A stretch of 60,257 nt of DNA, from IMG/VR virus record IMGVR_UViG_3300036715_004341, positions 1 to 60,257 of that record; one strand, 5' to 3'. Origin of the DNA: a virus (Duplodnaviria > Caudoviricetes). Under the pieces are notes generated by a model that did not search any database, had not been told where the DNA came from, and saw nothing but the letters and a program-made list of their open reading frames with translations. A program made the position numbers and the translations under genes. Every line of letters begins with the position of its first letter. Position 1 is the stretch's first letter. Shown here in pieces: positions 10,386 through 20,952 of the stretch.

Positions 10386-11101
10386 ACGACCCCCTCACCC
10401 TCTGGTCCTGGTTCAGCCACGGGCTCCGTATCTACACGGCGGCCACGGCGGGTCAGCAGTACGCCGCCGACCGGATCTACCACCCCTTCATCCAGGCGTG
10501 CCGGGACCGCCTCCCCGCCACCCTGCCCCTCATGACCCTCGCGCTCCTCGACGGGGACCCCGCCTGGGCCCTCGTGCTGGGCGACGTGACGGACCCCCCG
10601 CCGGACGTCCAGGCCCGGGGCGGGTACGCCCACCGCCAGGCGTGGTGGGACTGGGCCCGCCGGCTCGAGGGATGGATGGGGGGCCTCGCGCTGTCCGCCT
10701 TCGACCTCGTGGAGATCTTCCCCCCCAAGACCCTTCCGTACGCCGGCTTCCACGGCAATGGGTGGCGGACCGCCCCCGAGCGGGGGTCCACCGTCTCGAC
10801 CCCCTTTGCGCTCGTCGAGCAAGCCCTCCGCTCCTTCCTGCTCCGGGTCGCCGCCGAGAAGGGCACCCTCCGGCGCTCCTTCGAGAACGGTGAGGAGGCG
10901 GCGGAGGCAGCCCTGGGCCCCGTGGAACCCGGGCAGCGGGTCGTGCGGACCCTGGAGGGGTACTTCGTGCTCCCCGAGAGCTTCGGGGTGATCTGCGAGC
11001 GGGGCGTCGGGCACAGCTTCGACGTGCTGCTCCTCAACGACTTCCGGGCCATCGAGTACCGCTGGCTCACGGCCTACGATCTCATCTCCGAGGACCCGTG
11101 A
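10382..11101 (+). CDS. hypothetical protein, paralog B; C-terminal tag TAYDLISEDP
   Basis: GTGA coupling; WWDW..LEG..GLALSAFDL matches WWRWL.AEG..GLRLGAFDL upstream. Confidence 0.75.
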   Translation: MNDPLTLWSWFSHGLRIYTAATAGQQYAADRIYHPFIQACRDRLPATLPLMTLALLDGDPAWALVLGDVTDPPPDVQARGGYAHRQAWWDWARRLEGWMGGLALSAFDLVEIFPPKTLPYAGFHGNGWRTAPERGSTVSTPFALVEQALRSFLLRVAAEKGTLRRSFENGEEAAEAALGPVEPGQRVVRTLEGYFVLPESFGVICERGVGHSFDVLLLNDFRAIEYRWLTAYDLISEDP

Positions 11102-11532
11102 TCATCTACCGCTACCAGGAAGTGCTCATGTACCCTCCCGGGGCGACGGTCCCCTACGACTTCTCCCCGGCCACGGAGAGCTGGTCGCTCGTCTTCCTGG
11201 AGGTGCAACCCGCGGACAGCTTCACGGAGTGCTGGCGACGGCACGAGAACCCGTCGGAGGAGATCGTCTTCATGGAAGCCCAGGGGAACCTTGCCACGGC
11301 CCACAAGCGCTGGCACGAACTCCACCAACAGGTCCAGTACCTCTTCGGGCAACGGAGCGAGGTCCTGGTCTTCTTCACGCTCCTCGCCCTCAACGGGACC
11401 GAGATCTACCTCGGGGGCCTGGTCGCCTGGGGCCCCGTGACGCACTTCGGGGAGGAGACAGGGCCCGCGTGGTGGGGCACCCCCTTCACCCCTCCCGTCT
11501 ACCCCACCGCCTACGATTTCCTGCTCCGCTGA
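11098..11532 (+). CDS. hypothetical protein with C-terminal tag TAYDFLLR
   Basis: 144 aa, coupled to the upstream stop. Confidence 0.7.
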   Translation: MIIYRYQEVLMYPPGATVPYDFSPATESWSLVFLEVQPADSFTECWRRHENPSEEIVFMEAQGNLATAHKRWHELHQQVQYLFGQRSEVLVFFTLLALNGTEIYLGGLVAWGPVTHFGEETGPAWWGTPFTPPVYPTAYDFLLR

Positions 11533-11538
11533 GCCCGG

Positions 11539-11574
11539 GCGCAACAAGGTTGTTGCGCAACAGGTTTGTTGTGC
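11539..11574. terminator. inverted repeats between convergent genes
   Basis: gcgcaacaa-gg-ttgttgcgc followed by an overlapping imperfect second copy. Confidence 0.45.
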
Positions 11575-12336
11575 TCAGGCCCAGGGGATGGGCTCGTGGG
11601 GGACCCGGTAGGCGCGCTCGGCCCGTACCTGCTCGAACCGGTACGTCAGATCCGGTTCCACGATCAGGGCCGTCAGGTGCCCCCCGTGAACGCAGCCCGT
11701 GTCGACTCCGAAGCACAGGGCTCCCTGGGGGGTCTTGTGGACGTGGGGCACGCTCAGGGTGTGCGCCTCGTGCCCGTAAACGACGTGGTCCTGGCCGTTG
11801 TACCGCGTGACCCAGTGCGAGACCTTCTTGTGGGTCCCTCCGGCCACGTCGTAGTCGACAGGGACGTGCTTTCCGGCCTCGTCGACCCACCGCAGGCGCA
11901 TCAGCTCCCCGGGGTCGTGGGTCTCGGGCGTGTAGCCGGGCCGCAAGCCCCCGTGGACCGCGACGATGCCAGGCCAGCGCCGGTAGAGGGGCAGGGCCTC
12001 GATCCAGGCCCAGTCGTCCTCGGACATGCGCGTGAGAAGGTCCTCGCCCTCGAAAGGCATGGCCTTCATGGGGTTTGCGTACTTGGGGTCTGTGGCCCGC
12101 TTCTTCTCGTGCTTCCGGTAGCGCAGATACCAGTCCTCGTGGTTGCCGCGGATGGCCCTGGCCCCGATCTGCCGGGCGAACTTCACCGCCCCGGCCGCGT
12201 CCGGCCCCTTGTCGAAGAAGTCCCCCAGGCAGACGACCTCGTCCTCCGTGGCCGGCTTGACCTTGTCGATCAGGGCCTCGAACTCGGCCCGGCACCCGTG
12301 ACTATCCCCGATGAAGACCAAACGTCCGTTTCGCAT
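11575..12336 (-). CDS. calcineurin-like metallophosphoesterase (PrpE/ApaH/Ser-Thr phosphatase type)
   Basis: GDSHGC, GDFFDKG, RGNHE, VHGG, VYGH, VDTGCVHGGHLTA motifs. Confidence 0.9.
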   Translation of the reverse strand: MRNGRLVFIGDSHGCRAEFEALIDKVKPATEDEVVCLGDFFDKGPDAAGAVKFARQIGARAIRGNHEDWYLRYRKHEKKRATDPKYANPMKAMPFEGEDLLTRMSEDDWAWIEALPLYRRWPGIVAVHGGLRPGYTPETHDPGELMRLRWVDEAGKHVPVDYDVAGGTHKKVSHWVTRYNGQDHVVYGHEAHTLSVPHVHKTPQGALCFGVDTGCVHGGHLTALIVEPDLTYRFEQVRAERAYRVPHEPIPWA

Positions 12337-12566
12337 ACCCCCAGGACGGCAGGGGCGCGGGGCTCTGACAAGGCCCCGGCAGAATCAGAGGGTGATGCGG
12401 GCGAGGAGGGCCCCGAGCATGAGCCAGAGCGCGGCCCACTTCAGGCCCTCGGGGTAGGTCTCCCGGGCCTCGCTGGCGATGGCGCCCCCGACGATGCACC
12501 AGAGGAGGGGGAGGAGGAAGTAGGTCCAGGCCATGACCGCAGCGTGCGCCGTGACCCCGCCGAAGG

Positions 12567-13109
12567 TCAAGAAAAGGGCCAGAAGCCCTTGGGCACCTGG
12601 AACGCAAGGCCCTTGCGAACGAGCCTCCAGACCAGGGGGCCCAGGATCATGCCGAGGAAGCCGCGCAGAAAGAGGCCCTGGAACGAGAACCCCCCGGGGA
12701 GCGGGTTGAGGAAGATGCTGAGGCATTCCCCAACCCACCCCGTGGCCATGTGGTTCCACTCGTTGGGGGTTTCTCGGCGAACCCTCTCTGCAACGTGGTC
12801 AAGGGCACGGCGGGTGTCCTCCTGTGCCGGGGGGCTGCGGAAGTCCGTGTCATCTCTGGGGGGCGCTACCCTGGCCAGTCGCTGGTCGGGGACATGAAGC
12901 TCATGCCCCAGCTTCGCGAGCTTCTCGGCCACGGCGACCAGGTCCTCGTCCGCGGCGTCGTTGTAGAAGCTCGGGTCGAACCACACTTTCGGGCAAAAGG
13001 GCGCCCGGCAGGCGTGGCCCCAGTACCGGATCTTCTCGTCTCCGTGGGCGGGCCTGTCGGCAAAGACTTTGTGGGAGGTGCCCCAGAAGCCGGGGTGCTT
13101 GTGCATCAT
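12567..13109 (-). CDS. hypothetical protein with hydrophobic C-terminus (may continue to 12385 via frameshift)
   Basis: ATG 8 nt after CGGTGTAG; hydrophobic segments continue in the frame of ORF 12385..12759. Confidence 0.55.
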   Translation of the reverse strand: MMHKHPGFWGTSHKVFADRPAHGDEKIRYWGHACRAPFCPKVWFDPSFYNDAADEDLVAVAEKLAKLGHELHVPDQRLARVAPPRDDTDFRSPPAQEDTRRALDHVAERVRRETPNEWNHMATGWVGECLSIFLNPLPGGFSFQGLFLRGFLGMILGPLVWRLVRKGLAFQVPKGFWPFS

Positions 13110-13126
13110 GCCCCCGTCTACACCGC

Positions 13127-13471
13127 CTACTCCCCGGGGAAGTACCGCTCGATGGCGAGGGTCATGGCAATGCGCCCCACGGGGTTCATGGAGTGGACCT
13201 GGGGCTTCTCGGTCGGCCACTTCCCGTGCTCGGCCATCCACAGAACGAAGTCGTAGCCGTTCTTGACGTGCCGGCAGCCCCGGGCCTGGTCGTCGTTCTC
13301 GGCCCGCTTCACGCACGGCTCGCAGGCCCCGAGGTCGTGATCGAGGCTTGCCTCTTCCCACAAGGCACTTCGCTCGACGAGGGCGATGGCCTCCTCGACC
13401 GTCTTCACCCACGTCCACCCCTCCAGGCCCCGGTGCAGGGGGTTTCGCTCGTCGTCCAGCCACAGCTTCAT
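13127..13471 (-). CDS. cyclic-phosphate-processing receiver-domain protein
   Basis: MKLWLDDER.P, SLDHDLG, GYDFVLW, VHSMNPVG signature. Confidence 0.8.
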   Translation of the reverse strand: MKLWLDDERNPLHRGLEGWTWVKTVEEAIALVERSALWEEASLDHDLGACEPCVKRAENDDQARGCRHVKNGYDFVLWMAEHGKWPTEKPQVHSMNPVGRIAMTLAIERYFPGE

Positions 13472-14001
13472 GTTTCCAGTATCCTGTCGTAGAGGGTTGC
13501 AGACCAGGGTTCTTCGCGGAGGGCGTAGGTGCCTTCGGGGAGAGTGAAGACGAACCCGAAGTGGCCGAGGGACCCGAGGATGCGGTCCATCACCTCCCCG
13601 GGGATGGGCTTCGGCTCGTTCGTGCGCTCCTCCCACCCGTCGGCCAGGGCCTCCAGGGCGGCGGGGTACGGGGGGCCGTTCAGCCAGAGCAGCATGTGGA
13701 CGAGCGTGGTCGCATGGATGTCGTCCCAGAACTCCCGGCTGTCCTCGGCCGTCTTCTCGTAGTCCACGCACAGGATTTCCAGGCACAGTGTCCGCACGAA
13801 GTCCCCCTTCGTGGGCCCGTCGTCGGCCCCGGCCCGCCAGACCAGGTCGAGGAGGGGGCTGAGATCCGCCGCGTAGTCCCGGGCGATCCCGAGGACCCGC
13901 TTCTCGAACTCGCTCGCCCGGGTCGGCTCCTCGGGGGCCTAGGACAGGTAGACCGCCCAGAGGGCTTTGGCCTCCAGGTAGGTCAGGAGGGGGATGCTCA
14001 C
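13468..14001 (-). CDS. hypothetical protein, in-frame TAG at 13939-13941; C-terminal tag TLYDRILET
   Basis: GTG 14001 coupled to the upstream stop; frame is open on both sides of YLS*APEEP. Confidence 0.6.
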
Positions 14002-14273
14002 GTCCGGGCCTCGTACCGGCGCAGGACCCACGCCACGGCGGCGTCGAGCTGGTCGAAGTTCGCTTCGTCGGGGGCAGGGTGCTGCTTCGTCTGGGCCAGG
14101 CCCGCCCAGAACTGCCCGTCCACCTCGACGATGCCGAAGCCGTCCTGGTACACGTCAATGCCCGCAGCGTGCTCGACGGTCTTGCCGCCGACGATGTGGA
14201 GGTGCGGGGTGGCCGGCCCCATGCAGGGGAGGCCGGCCATGGTGATGCGCTGAAGGGCGGCGGCGAGGTCCAT
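13998..14273 (-). CDS. hypothetical protein
   Basis: 91 aa; ATG 9 nt after CGGTGTAG. Confidence 0.65.
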   Translation of the reverse strand: MDLAAALQRITMAGLPCMGPATPHLHIVGGKTVEHAAGIDVYQDGFGIVEVDGQFWAGLAQTKQHPAPDEANFDQLDAAVAWVLRRYEART

Positions 14274-14282
14274 GCCCCGGTC

Positions 14283-14672
14283 CTACACCGTGAGCAGATC
14301 GTAGATCGTGCGCCGATGGTGGGGGGCGGCCTCGCGGCTCGTGCCGTAGAGCTTCCGCCAGGGCTTCGGGACGGCCGCTTTACCCTCGAAGGGCTCCCCG
14401 ATGAGGAAGGGGAAGACCCGCAAGACATCCCGCCCGTCCTCCTCGAAGGGATACCAGCCGAGGTTGAGGACCATCGTCCCGGCCTGGGGCAAGGCCCGCA
14501 TCGCCTCGATGCGCCCTTCCCTCCACCCGGCCGTACCCATGAGGGAGTGGACCCGGTAGCCTTCCTTGAGGGGGGCGAGGACGCATTCCTTCTCGTCCGT
14601 CCACTTCACCATGTAGCCCGGCTCGGGCATGATGAACTCCCCTCGGGAGACGAGCCACCAGGCGTACCTCAT
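14283..14672 (-). CDS. hypothetical protein with C-terminal tag TIYDLLTV
   Basis: MRYAWWLVSRG...RRTIYDLLTV*. Confidence 0.7.
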   Translation of the reverse strand: MRYAWWLVSRGEFIMPEPGYMVKWTDEKECVLAPLKEGYRVHSLMGTAGWREGRIEAMRALPQAGTMVLNLGWYPFEEDGRDVLRVFPFLIGEPFEGKAAVPKPWRKLYGTSREAAPHHRRTIYDLLTV

Positions 14673-14682
14673 GCGCCCCACC

Positions 14683-15147
14683 TTACCCCAGGCGGAGCAG
14701 GTCGTAGGCCGTTCGCTCGCGAGACCCCACCTGGAGGCCCCCCTTGACCCAGGGCGGCGGGAAGGTCTGCTTGAGCTTCTCGGGCAGGTCCCCGGGGCAG
14801 ACCGTGGCCCCTTCCTCCCCGAAGGCCGCCCAGAAGCGCACCTTGCGGCCCGGCTCGATCCGGCTCCACCCCAGGTGCAAGGACCCCGATCCCGGGGGCC
14901 AGGGCACCTCGTCGAAGAGCCTCTTGACCCATTCGAGGACACGCTTGCGGGAGAGGGGCGTGATCACCATGACCGCCAGCCCCTTCTTGCAGCGTCGGAT
15001 CTTGTAGGTGTCCTTCCCCGTCGGGATGACCAGCCACACCATGCCCTCGCTGCGCAGGGTAATCGGTCCCCCCTCCCGCACCGCGTGGTCCATCTCCCCG
15101 TACCAGTAGATCTCCATGTCCCTCGCGGCCGAGCAGGAGATCTTCAC
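14683..15147 (-). CDS. hypothetical protein with C-terminal tag TAYDLLRLG
   Basis: GTG coupled to the upstream TGA. Confidence 0.7.
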   Translation of the reverse strand: MKISCSAARDMEIYWYGEMDHAVREGGPITLRSEGMVWLVIPTGKDTYKIRRCKKGLAVMVITPLSRKRVLEWVKRLFDEVPWPPGSGSLHLGWSRIEPGRKVRFWAAFGEEGATVCPGDLPEKLKQTFPPPWVKGGLQVGSRERTAYDLLRLG

Positions 15148-15401
15148 CCGATCTGGTCGTAGACCGTGGGCCCCATGCCGTCGCGCGGGCCGCTCGGCTG
15201 CCCGAGGAACTCGGCCCACTCCGGTCTCGCCCCCAGCCCTCGCTCGACCTCCCAGACGAGCTTCGCGTCTCCGTACACGGTCTGCCATCCGATGTTCCGG
15301 GTCGCTCGGAACTGCGTCCAGACGATGAGGGTCCGGTCCCGCTCCCGCCGTTCAAGGGCGGCCCGGATGCCCCGGAGGGCTTCCCTTGTCCCGAGGGCCA
15401 C
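15144..15401 (-). CDS. hypothetical protein with C-terminal tag TVYDQIG
   Basis: 85-aa ORF. Confidence 0.65.
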   Translation of the reverse strand: MALGTREALRGIRAALERRERDRTLIVWTQFRATRNIGWQTVYGDAKLVWEVERGLGARPEWAEFLGQPSGPRDGMGPTVYDQIG

Positions 15402-15467
15402 GTTGCTGAGGGCCAGCGGCGCCCTTCCAGGGGGCCTGGGAGGCCCGTTCCCGACGCGGACCCGTCC

Positions 15468-15938
<471 letters not shown>

Positions 15939-15955
15939 GTCCCCCGCGACACCGC

Positions 15956-16465
15956 TCAGCCAAGCAGGTCGTAGGCGGTCATCACCGGCAGAAGGGGGAA
16001 GGGCTCCCCGCCCTCCCAGGTCGCGTCGAGGAGGGTGCAGGCGACCCCCGCCCCGGGGTTACGGATCCGGCTCCCGATCCGCAGGTCCCCCGGCCAGACC
16101 AGCGCCCCGTCCTCGTCCCTGGTGGGCGTCCACGGGTAGGTTCCCAGGGCAAAGGCGGCCACCTTGGGGTCCCGGGTGTTGGTCGGGCCCTCGCAGTGCA
16201 GGGTGATGGCGAAGAAGGTGCTGGGAGTCCAGGGGAGGACCTCTCGTAGCTCGGGCAGCCGCAGGTTGGCGAGCCGTGACCACCGGTCGTCGTCCCGCAG
16301 GTAGCGGAGGTCGACCCCGGGCCCCTTCTCCTCGCAGACCGCGCAGGTGAAGAAGAGCCCGTCGATCGGGTCGGCGTGCAAGGTGATCGGGCTCTTGTGC
16401 AGCGGGACCCGGGCGTGCCGGAGGCAGTGAGCCCGCGCTTCGGCCAGCCACCGGGCGAACCTCAC
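15956..16465 (-). CDS. hypothetical Cys-containing protein with C-terminal tag TAYDLLG
   Basis: GTG coupled to the helicase stop; CAVC; ends VMTAYDLLG*. Confidence 0.7.
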   Translation of the reverse strand: MRFARWLAEARAHCLRHARVPLHKSPITLHADPIDGLFFTCAVCEEKGPGVDLRYLRDDDRWSRLANLRLPELREVLPWTPSTFFAITLHCEGPTNTRDPKVAAFALGTYPWTPTRDEDGALVWPGDLRIGSRIRNPGAGVACTLLDATWEGGEPFPLLPVMTAYDLLG

Positions 16466-19400
16466 GCCGCCAGCTCCGGCCGCTGCTTGATCCACTCGGC
16501 GAGGGCCCGGCCGACCGAGAGGCTGGCCATGGCATCGCCCTCCCCGACTCCCGCGGCGACCAGGGCCCCCTCGGCGTCGAGGCCGTCGGTCGCCCGGCTC
16601 ACCGCCACCTTGAGCAAGAGGAGCTTGTAGAGCGCCCCCTGCAAGGTGCTCCGGTAGACCGGGAGGTAGACCCTGGTGGGCCGCGTCTGCCCGATCCGAT
16701 CGATCCGGCCGATGACTTGCCGGTAGGTGATCGGGTTGCAGGCCGGGTTCTCCATCACGTAAATGCGGGAGAAATGGACAAGATTATTGAGCCCGGTCTG
16801 GATCGTGGTCGGGTTGCAGAGCAGGACCCGCCGGTTCTTCTTGACGATCTCCTTCTCGATCCACCCCTGGCGCTTGGCCGTGGGCACCTTGGCCGGATCC
16901 AAAATCGGGGCGTCCACCCCTGACTCGCGCTCGATCATCCACTTGTAGCGGGCGAGCAGGTTCGTGTGCCAGACGAGAAGGATCACGTTCTCCCCCGCGG
17001 CCAGGTCCCGCCGGAGCTGATCGAGCATCCACTGCTCCTTCGGGAGCAGATCGAGCGGGTCGGTCGCGTCCCCCGTGGACACGACGCCGCCCCCGATCTC
17101 GGCGGGGTAGCGGATCTCGTAGGTTCCTTCCTCCTGGTTGCCCACGCCGCCCGGGCAGCGGTCGAGGTAGGAGGGCAGCTCGGACAGGGCTCCGAAGAGC
17201 TTGCCCGACCGCTCGCTGAACTGGTCCTTCTGCATCTGCCCCACCAGATCCCGGAGGAGGCGGCTGTAGGCGGAGTGCTGGGCCGCTGTCGGCGTGATGT
17301 CCACGCGCTCCTCGACCATCGGGGGGATGTCCGCCCGGGCGTCCGTCTTGTGGATGACGCACGCCCTCTTGAGCAGGTAGCGGTAGATGAAGAGCGGCAG
17401 GACCCCGGGCGCGTAGCCGGTCATCCGGGTGGAGCGCTCCACCCGATCGGTGTGGGTCCCGAAGGCCACGACCTCGCCCTTCTCGTCCTTGTCCTGGACC
17501 AGCCTTTTGCGGTAGCCGTAGCGGTCCATGAAGGCCGTGACCTCATCACGATCGAACTCCTGCCGGAAGGCCCGATCGGTGGCCCAGGTGTTCGTGAAGA
17601 GCGACGAGGCGTAGCCGTTGCTGACCGTGCCGGTGAGCATGAGCATGGGCCAGCCGACCTCGGTCAAGAGGTGCGCCGCCCGCTCCTGGGCCGACCCCTC
17701 GCTCGCGTATTCCTGGATCTCGTCAAGGACCAGGGAATCGAAAGCCGTCCGGTAGCGCTTGGCGATGAAATCGGCGAGGGGCACCCGGCGGAAGGAATCA
17801 GGGCTCGACTGGTAGAGCGTCTCCCCGCACTCCTCGCCCCGCTCCCACTGGCCGAGCCCGCGGAAGAGCAGGAAGCCCTCGACCAGCATCTCCGCCGAGA
17901 GCGGGTCCTTGCCCCCCCACTGCCAGGCCCCGTCCTTCAGCGTCCACTTCGCGAGGAAGCCCGTGTCGTGCCCCCCACGGGCCTGGAGAGGCCGGCCGTT
18001 CGCCTTGTCGTCGAAGGCCCGCTCGACCATGAGCCAGGACGACGTCGCGTAGTATCCCGCGTCGGGCACGCTCCGCAGAAAGGCGACCAGGTCAGGGGCC
18101 CGGCTCGGGTCCAGGGACAGCATGAGGCTCACCGCGGCCTGCTTGAGCCAGTAGGCCCCCGCCACCCCCGCGCCCCAGAGCATTCGGGCCGCCCGCTCCC
18201 GGGTTTCCTCGTCCCGGAGCGAAAGCCCTAGGGCGACCGCGGCCTGTCCCATCTTCTCGAGCACGTCGTAGGCGCCCGGCACCATCTGGGCGATCTTGAT
18301 CAGGGCCTCGATGAGCAGGCCGCTCCGTTCCAGGCCCGCCCACTGAGCCGCCTGTGCCTCCTTGGTGGGCGCCTTCGTGTTCACCCGGCGACGGGCCGCG
18401 CCCCCCGCGTAGGAGAGCAGGGTGGGGGCGAGGAGGTAGGTCTGCCGGGCGATCTGCTGGGAGAGCTTCGCCACGTCGTCGAGGGCCAGGAGGGGCCGGT
18501 GCCCGCAGACCATGCGCTTTTTCGCCAGCTCCTCCGGCTCCTCCCCGAGCGCGGAATGGCAGGCAGGGCAGCGGCGGCTCACCCCCTCCATGGCGTGGCC
18601 GAGCTTGGCCGTCTCCCGTGACAGGATCGCGATCCGCCGCCCCGGCGTCCGGTCCGCGGCGTAGGCGATCACGTCCTCGACCGTGGTCAGGACCGAGCAC
18701 CGGGCATCCTTGACCGTCAGCGAGACCTGCTCCTTCCAGGAGTCGAGCAGGTGAGGGGGGCACAGGATGAGCGAGGACTTCGCCCCGATGGCTTCCAGGG
18801 TCCCGAGGGCAATGATCGATTTGCCCGATCCAATCTCCCCCAGGATGAAGGCCGATCGGTGGTGCCGGCGAGCGAGAGGGAGCGAGGGACCCCCGAGCAG
18901 GGTCACCGCGGCCCGTACAACGTGCTCCTGGGCCTTGAAGAGCGGCCGGCCGAGCGTGGGCAGAGGGAAGTGCTGGGTCACGTCCGCCGGGTCGTAGGAG
19001 ACGGGGCACTGCTTGAGGAGGACCCGCATCAGGGCCTCGCCGTAGTGCGCGATCAGGTCCCCGGTCGACATCTGGGCCACGGTGCGGGTCATCGTGGGCG
19101 AGGGGCTACTCGACAGCGTGTGGTAGGTCTTTGCCTGGAGGTCGAGCACCGTCACGACCAGCTTGGGGGCCTGGATCTGGACCTCGGCGGTCACCTCCCC
19201 CTTCTTGTTCGTCTTCTCCTCGACCTTGCGCCATTCCTTGTCGAAACAGCCCTTGATCAGCAGCTTCGGCAGGTGCGACTCCGGATCGTCCGGGCCGATG
19301 ACCGCCCCGTTGAAGATGCCCGCCGCGATCCCCGTCGCGATGTGCTGAGCCTTCGGGGGCATGGCCAGGGGATACCGCCGGTCGAGCAGATCCCGCACCT

Positions 19401-20214
19401 GTTCGGTGGGCACCACGCCCTCGATGAGCGTCGTCCGGCCCGCCTTGTCACTCACCCCCCACGGCCGGAAGGCCGCGGTCAAGGTCGAGAGGTCAACGCG
19501 GTCCATGATCACCGTCTCGAAGCCCGCCCCGCTCCGGGGCAGGACCGTGATCACCGGGGCCTCGGTTGTCCCCAGCTCGGGCATGTCCCCGCCCGCGGCC
19601 CACGCTTCCACCTGGGCCCGAACGTCCGGGTTCAGGTGCCCGGTCATGGTTCGCTCGGCGACCAGGACCACCTGCTTGAACGTCGCGAAGTGCTCCCCGG
19701 GGAACCGGAAGCACTGGAGGCCCGTGTACTTCGTCGCCAGGGTCTCCGCGGATGCCTTGAGGGCGTAGAAGGGCACCACGAACACGAGCACGCCCCCCGG
19801 GGCCAACGCCTCCGTGAACCGGCGGAGGAAGCGCTCTTCCAGCCGCCCGCAGACCGGGTCGAGGTCATAGGGGGGGTTCAGGTAGAGCAGCGTTGCCCCT
19901 GCGTTCCGAACGCTCCTCGTGAGCCTCGCCCGGAAGGCATCCCCGTGAAGGGCCATCCGGCAGGAGACGTAGCCCCCCTTGGCCTGCGCCGTCGTCTGGA
20001 GGTCCTTGAATCGCGTGGCCTCCATCTCGATCGACACGACCGTCCGCCGGTTGAGCGCTTCGGCGAGCGTGAAGATGGCCTCGCCCTTGCCAGCGCAGGG
20101 GTCGAGGAAGCAATGGCCCCCGTCCGGGCAGGCCAGGAGGCCCGCGATGAGGGGGAGGAGCGCTTCCGGAGTTTTGTAGTACCCCCCGACGCTGATGCTG
20201 GCGAGCCTAGCCAT
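16462..20214 (-). CDS. methyltransferase-like (DUF6094-type) domain fused to SNF2-like SF2 helicase
   Basis: GYYKTP, LDPCAGKG, LYLNPPY; Walker A GEIGSGKS, LVLDEIQE, LTGT, QTGLN, QVIGRIDRIGQ. Confidence 0.88.
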   Translation of the reverse strand: MARLASISVGGYYKTPEALLPLIAGLLACPDGGHCFLDPCAGKGEAIFTLAEALNRRTVVSIEMEATRFKDLQTTAQAKGGYVSCRMALHGDAFRARLTRSVRNAGATLLYLNPPYDLDPVCGRLEERFLRRFTEALAPGGVLVFVVPFYALKASAETLATKYTGLQCFRFPGEHFATFKQVVLVAERTMTGHLNPDVRAQVEAWAAGGDMPELGTTEAPVITVLPRSGAGFETVIMDRVDLSTLTAAFRPWGVSDKAGRTTLIEGVVPTEQVRDLLDRRYPLAMPPKAQHIATGIAAGIFNGAVIGPDDPESHLPKLLIKGCFDKEWRKVEEKTNKKGEVTAEVQIQAPKLVVTVLDLQAKTYHTLSSSPSPTMTRTVAQMSTGDLIAHYGEALMRVLLKQCPVSYDPADVTQHFPLPTLGRPLFKAQEHVVRAAVTLLGGPSLPLARRHHRSAFILGEIGSGKSIIALGTLEAIGAKSSLILCPPHLLDSWKEQVSLTVKDARCSVLTTVEDVIAYAADRTPGRRIAILSRETAKLGHAMEGVSRRCPACHSALGEEPEELAKKRMVCGHRPLLALDDVAKLSQQIARQTYLLAPTLLSYAGGAARRRVNTKAPTKEAQAAQWAGLERSGLLIEALIKIAQMVPGAYDVLEKMGQAAVALGLSLRDEETRERAARMLWGAGVAGAYWLKQAAVSLMLSLDPSRAPDLVAFLRSVPDAGYYATSSWLMVERAFDDKANGRPLQARGGHDTGFLAKWTLKDGAWQWGGKDPLSAEMLVEGFLLFRGLGQWERGEECGETLYQSSPDSFRRVPLADFIAKRYRTAFDSLVLDEIQEYASEGSAQERAAHLLTEVGWPMLMLTGTVSNGYASSLFTNTWATDRAFRQEFDRDEVTAFMDRYGYRKRLVQDKDEKGEVVAFGTHTDRVERSTRMTGYAPGVLPLFIYRYLLKRACVIHKTDARADIPPMVEERVDITPTAAQHSAYSRLLRDLVGQMQKDQFSERSGKLFGALSELPSYLDRCPGGVGNQEEGTYEIRYPAEIGGGVVSTGDATDPLDLLPKEQWMLDQLRRDLAAGENVILLVWHTNLLARYKWMIERESGVDAPILDPAKVPTAKRQGWIEKEIVKKNRRVLLCNPTTIQTGLNNLVHFSRIYVMENPACNPITYRQVIGRIDRIGQTRPTRVYLPVYRSTLQGALYKLLLLKVAVSRATDGLDAEGALVAAGVGEGDAMASLSVGRALAEWIKQRPELAA

Positions 20215-20952
20215 AAAACAGCCTTCTTTCCGCGGGCTTTCGCCGCTCGTTCTTCCGGGGTGAGGTTGGCCCAGAACGCCTTGACCGCCTCCGCTTTCTT
20301 CCGCTTCGTCTCGTCCGACTGTACCTTGCCCATGTTGGCTTCCCGTAGCTTCTGCTTCGTCTCTTCTGTCCTCGGGCGGCCCATGGCCGCTTCGGACATC
20401 TTCTTGCGCGTCTCGTCCGACTTCGACTTGCCCTTCTGGTTCGAGGCGAACGCCTGTCGTACCTCGGCGGGCCTATTCAACACCGCCTGCCGCCACTTCT
20501 CTCGCAACTCCTCGCTCGGGTTCTGGTGGGCCTCGGAGAGCTTCCGCCGGTGTTCGGGTGTGAGCTTCCGGCCGGTCAGTGCGCGGGAGATGTTGACAGA
20601 GGTCTCGGGGCTGCGTTTCTTGCCCTTCCGGCTGATGCCGTTTGCTTGTTCCCACTCGAACCTCTGCCGCTGACTCTTAGCCATCTTCGCCCTTGTCTCG
20701 GGGGTTGGAGGGGGTTGGGCGGGCCGGTTCCTCATGCGAACCCGCATCTTCTCCCGAGCTTCTTCAGGCGGCACGTAGCCCAACGTTCCTTCGCCGCCGT
20801 CCGTGGCGTTGACCAGTCGGGCGTCAGCCTCTCGGTAGTGCCTGATCCATCGCTGCTTACCGGATATCCCCTGTCTTCGGGTCAGACAGTGTGTAGATGA
20901 CCCAGGGACGGGTCGCGGGGTCAGGCTGTACGCGAGTACGTGAGGGGGCCAT
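20211..20952 (-). pseudogene. degenerate GIY-YIG homing endonuclease with NUMOD3-like repeats
   Basis: WVIYTLSDPKTGDIR then stop/frameshift; QRWIRHY...LVNATDGGEG; repeats SPETSVNIS, TPEHRRKLSEA, SDETRKKMSEA, TEETKQKLREA. Confidence 0.7.
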
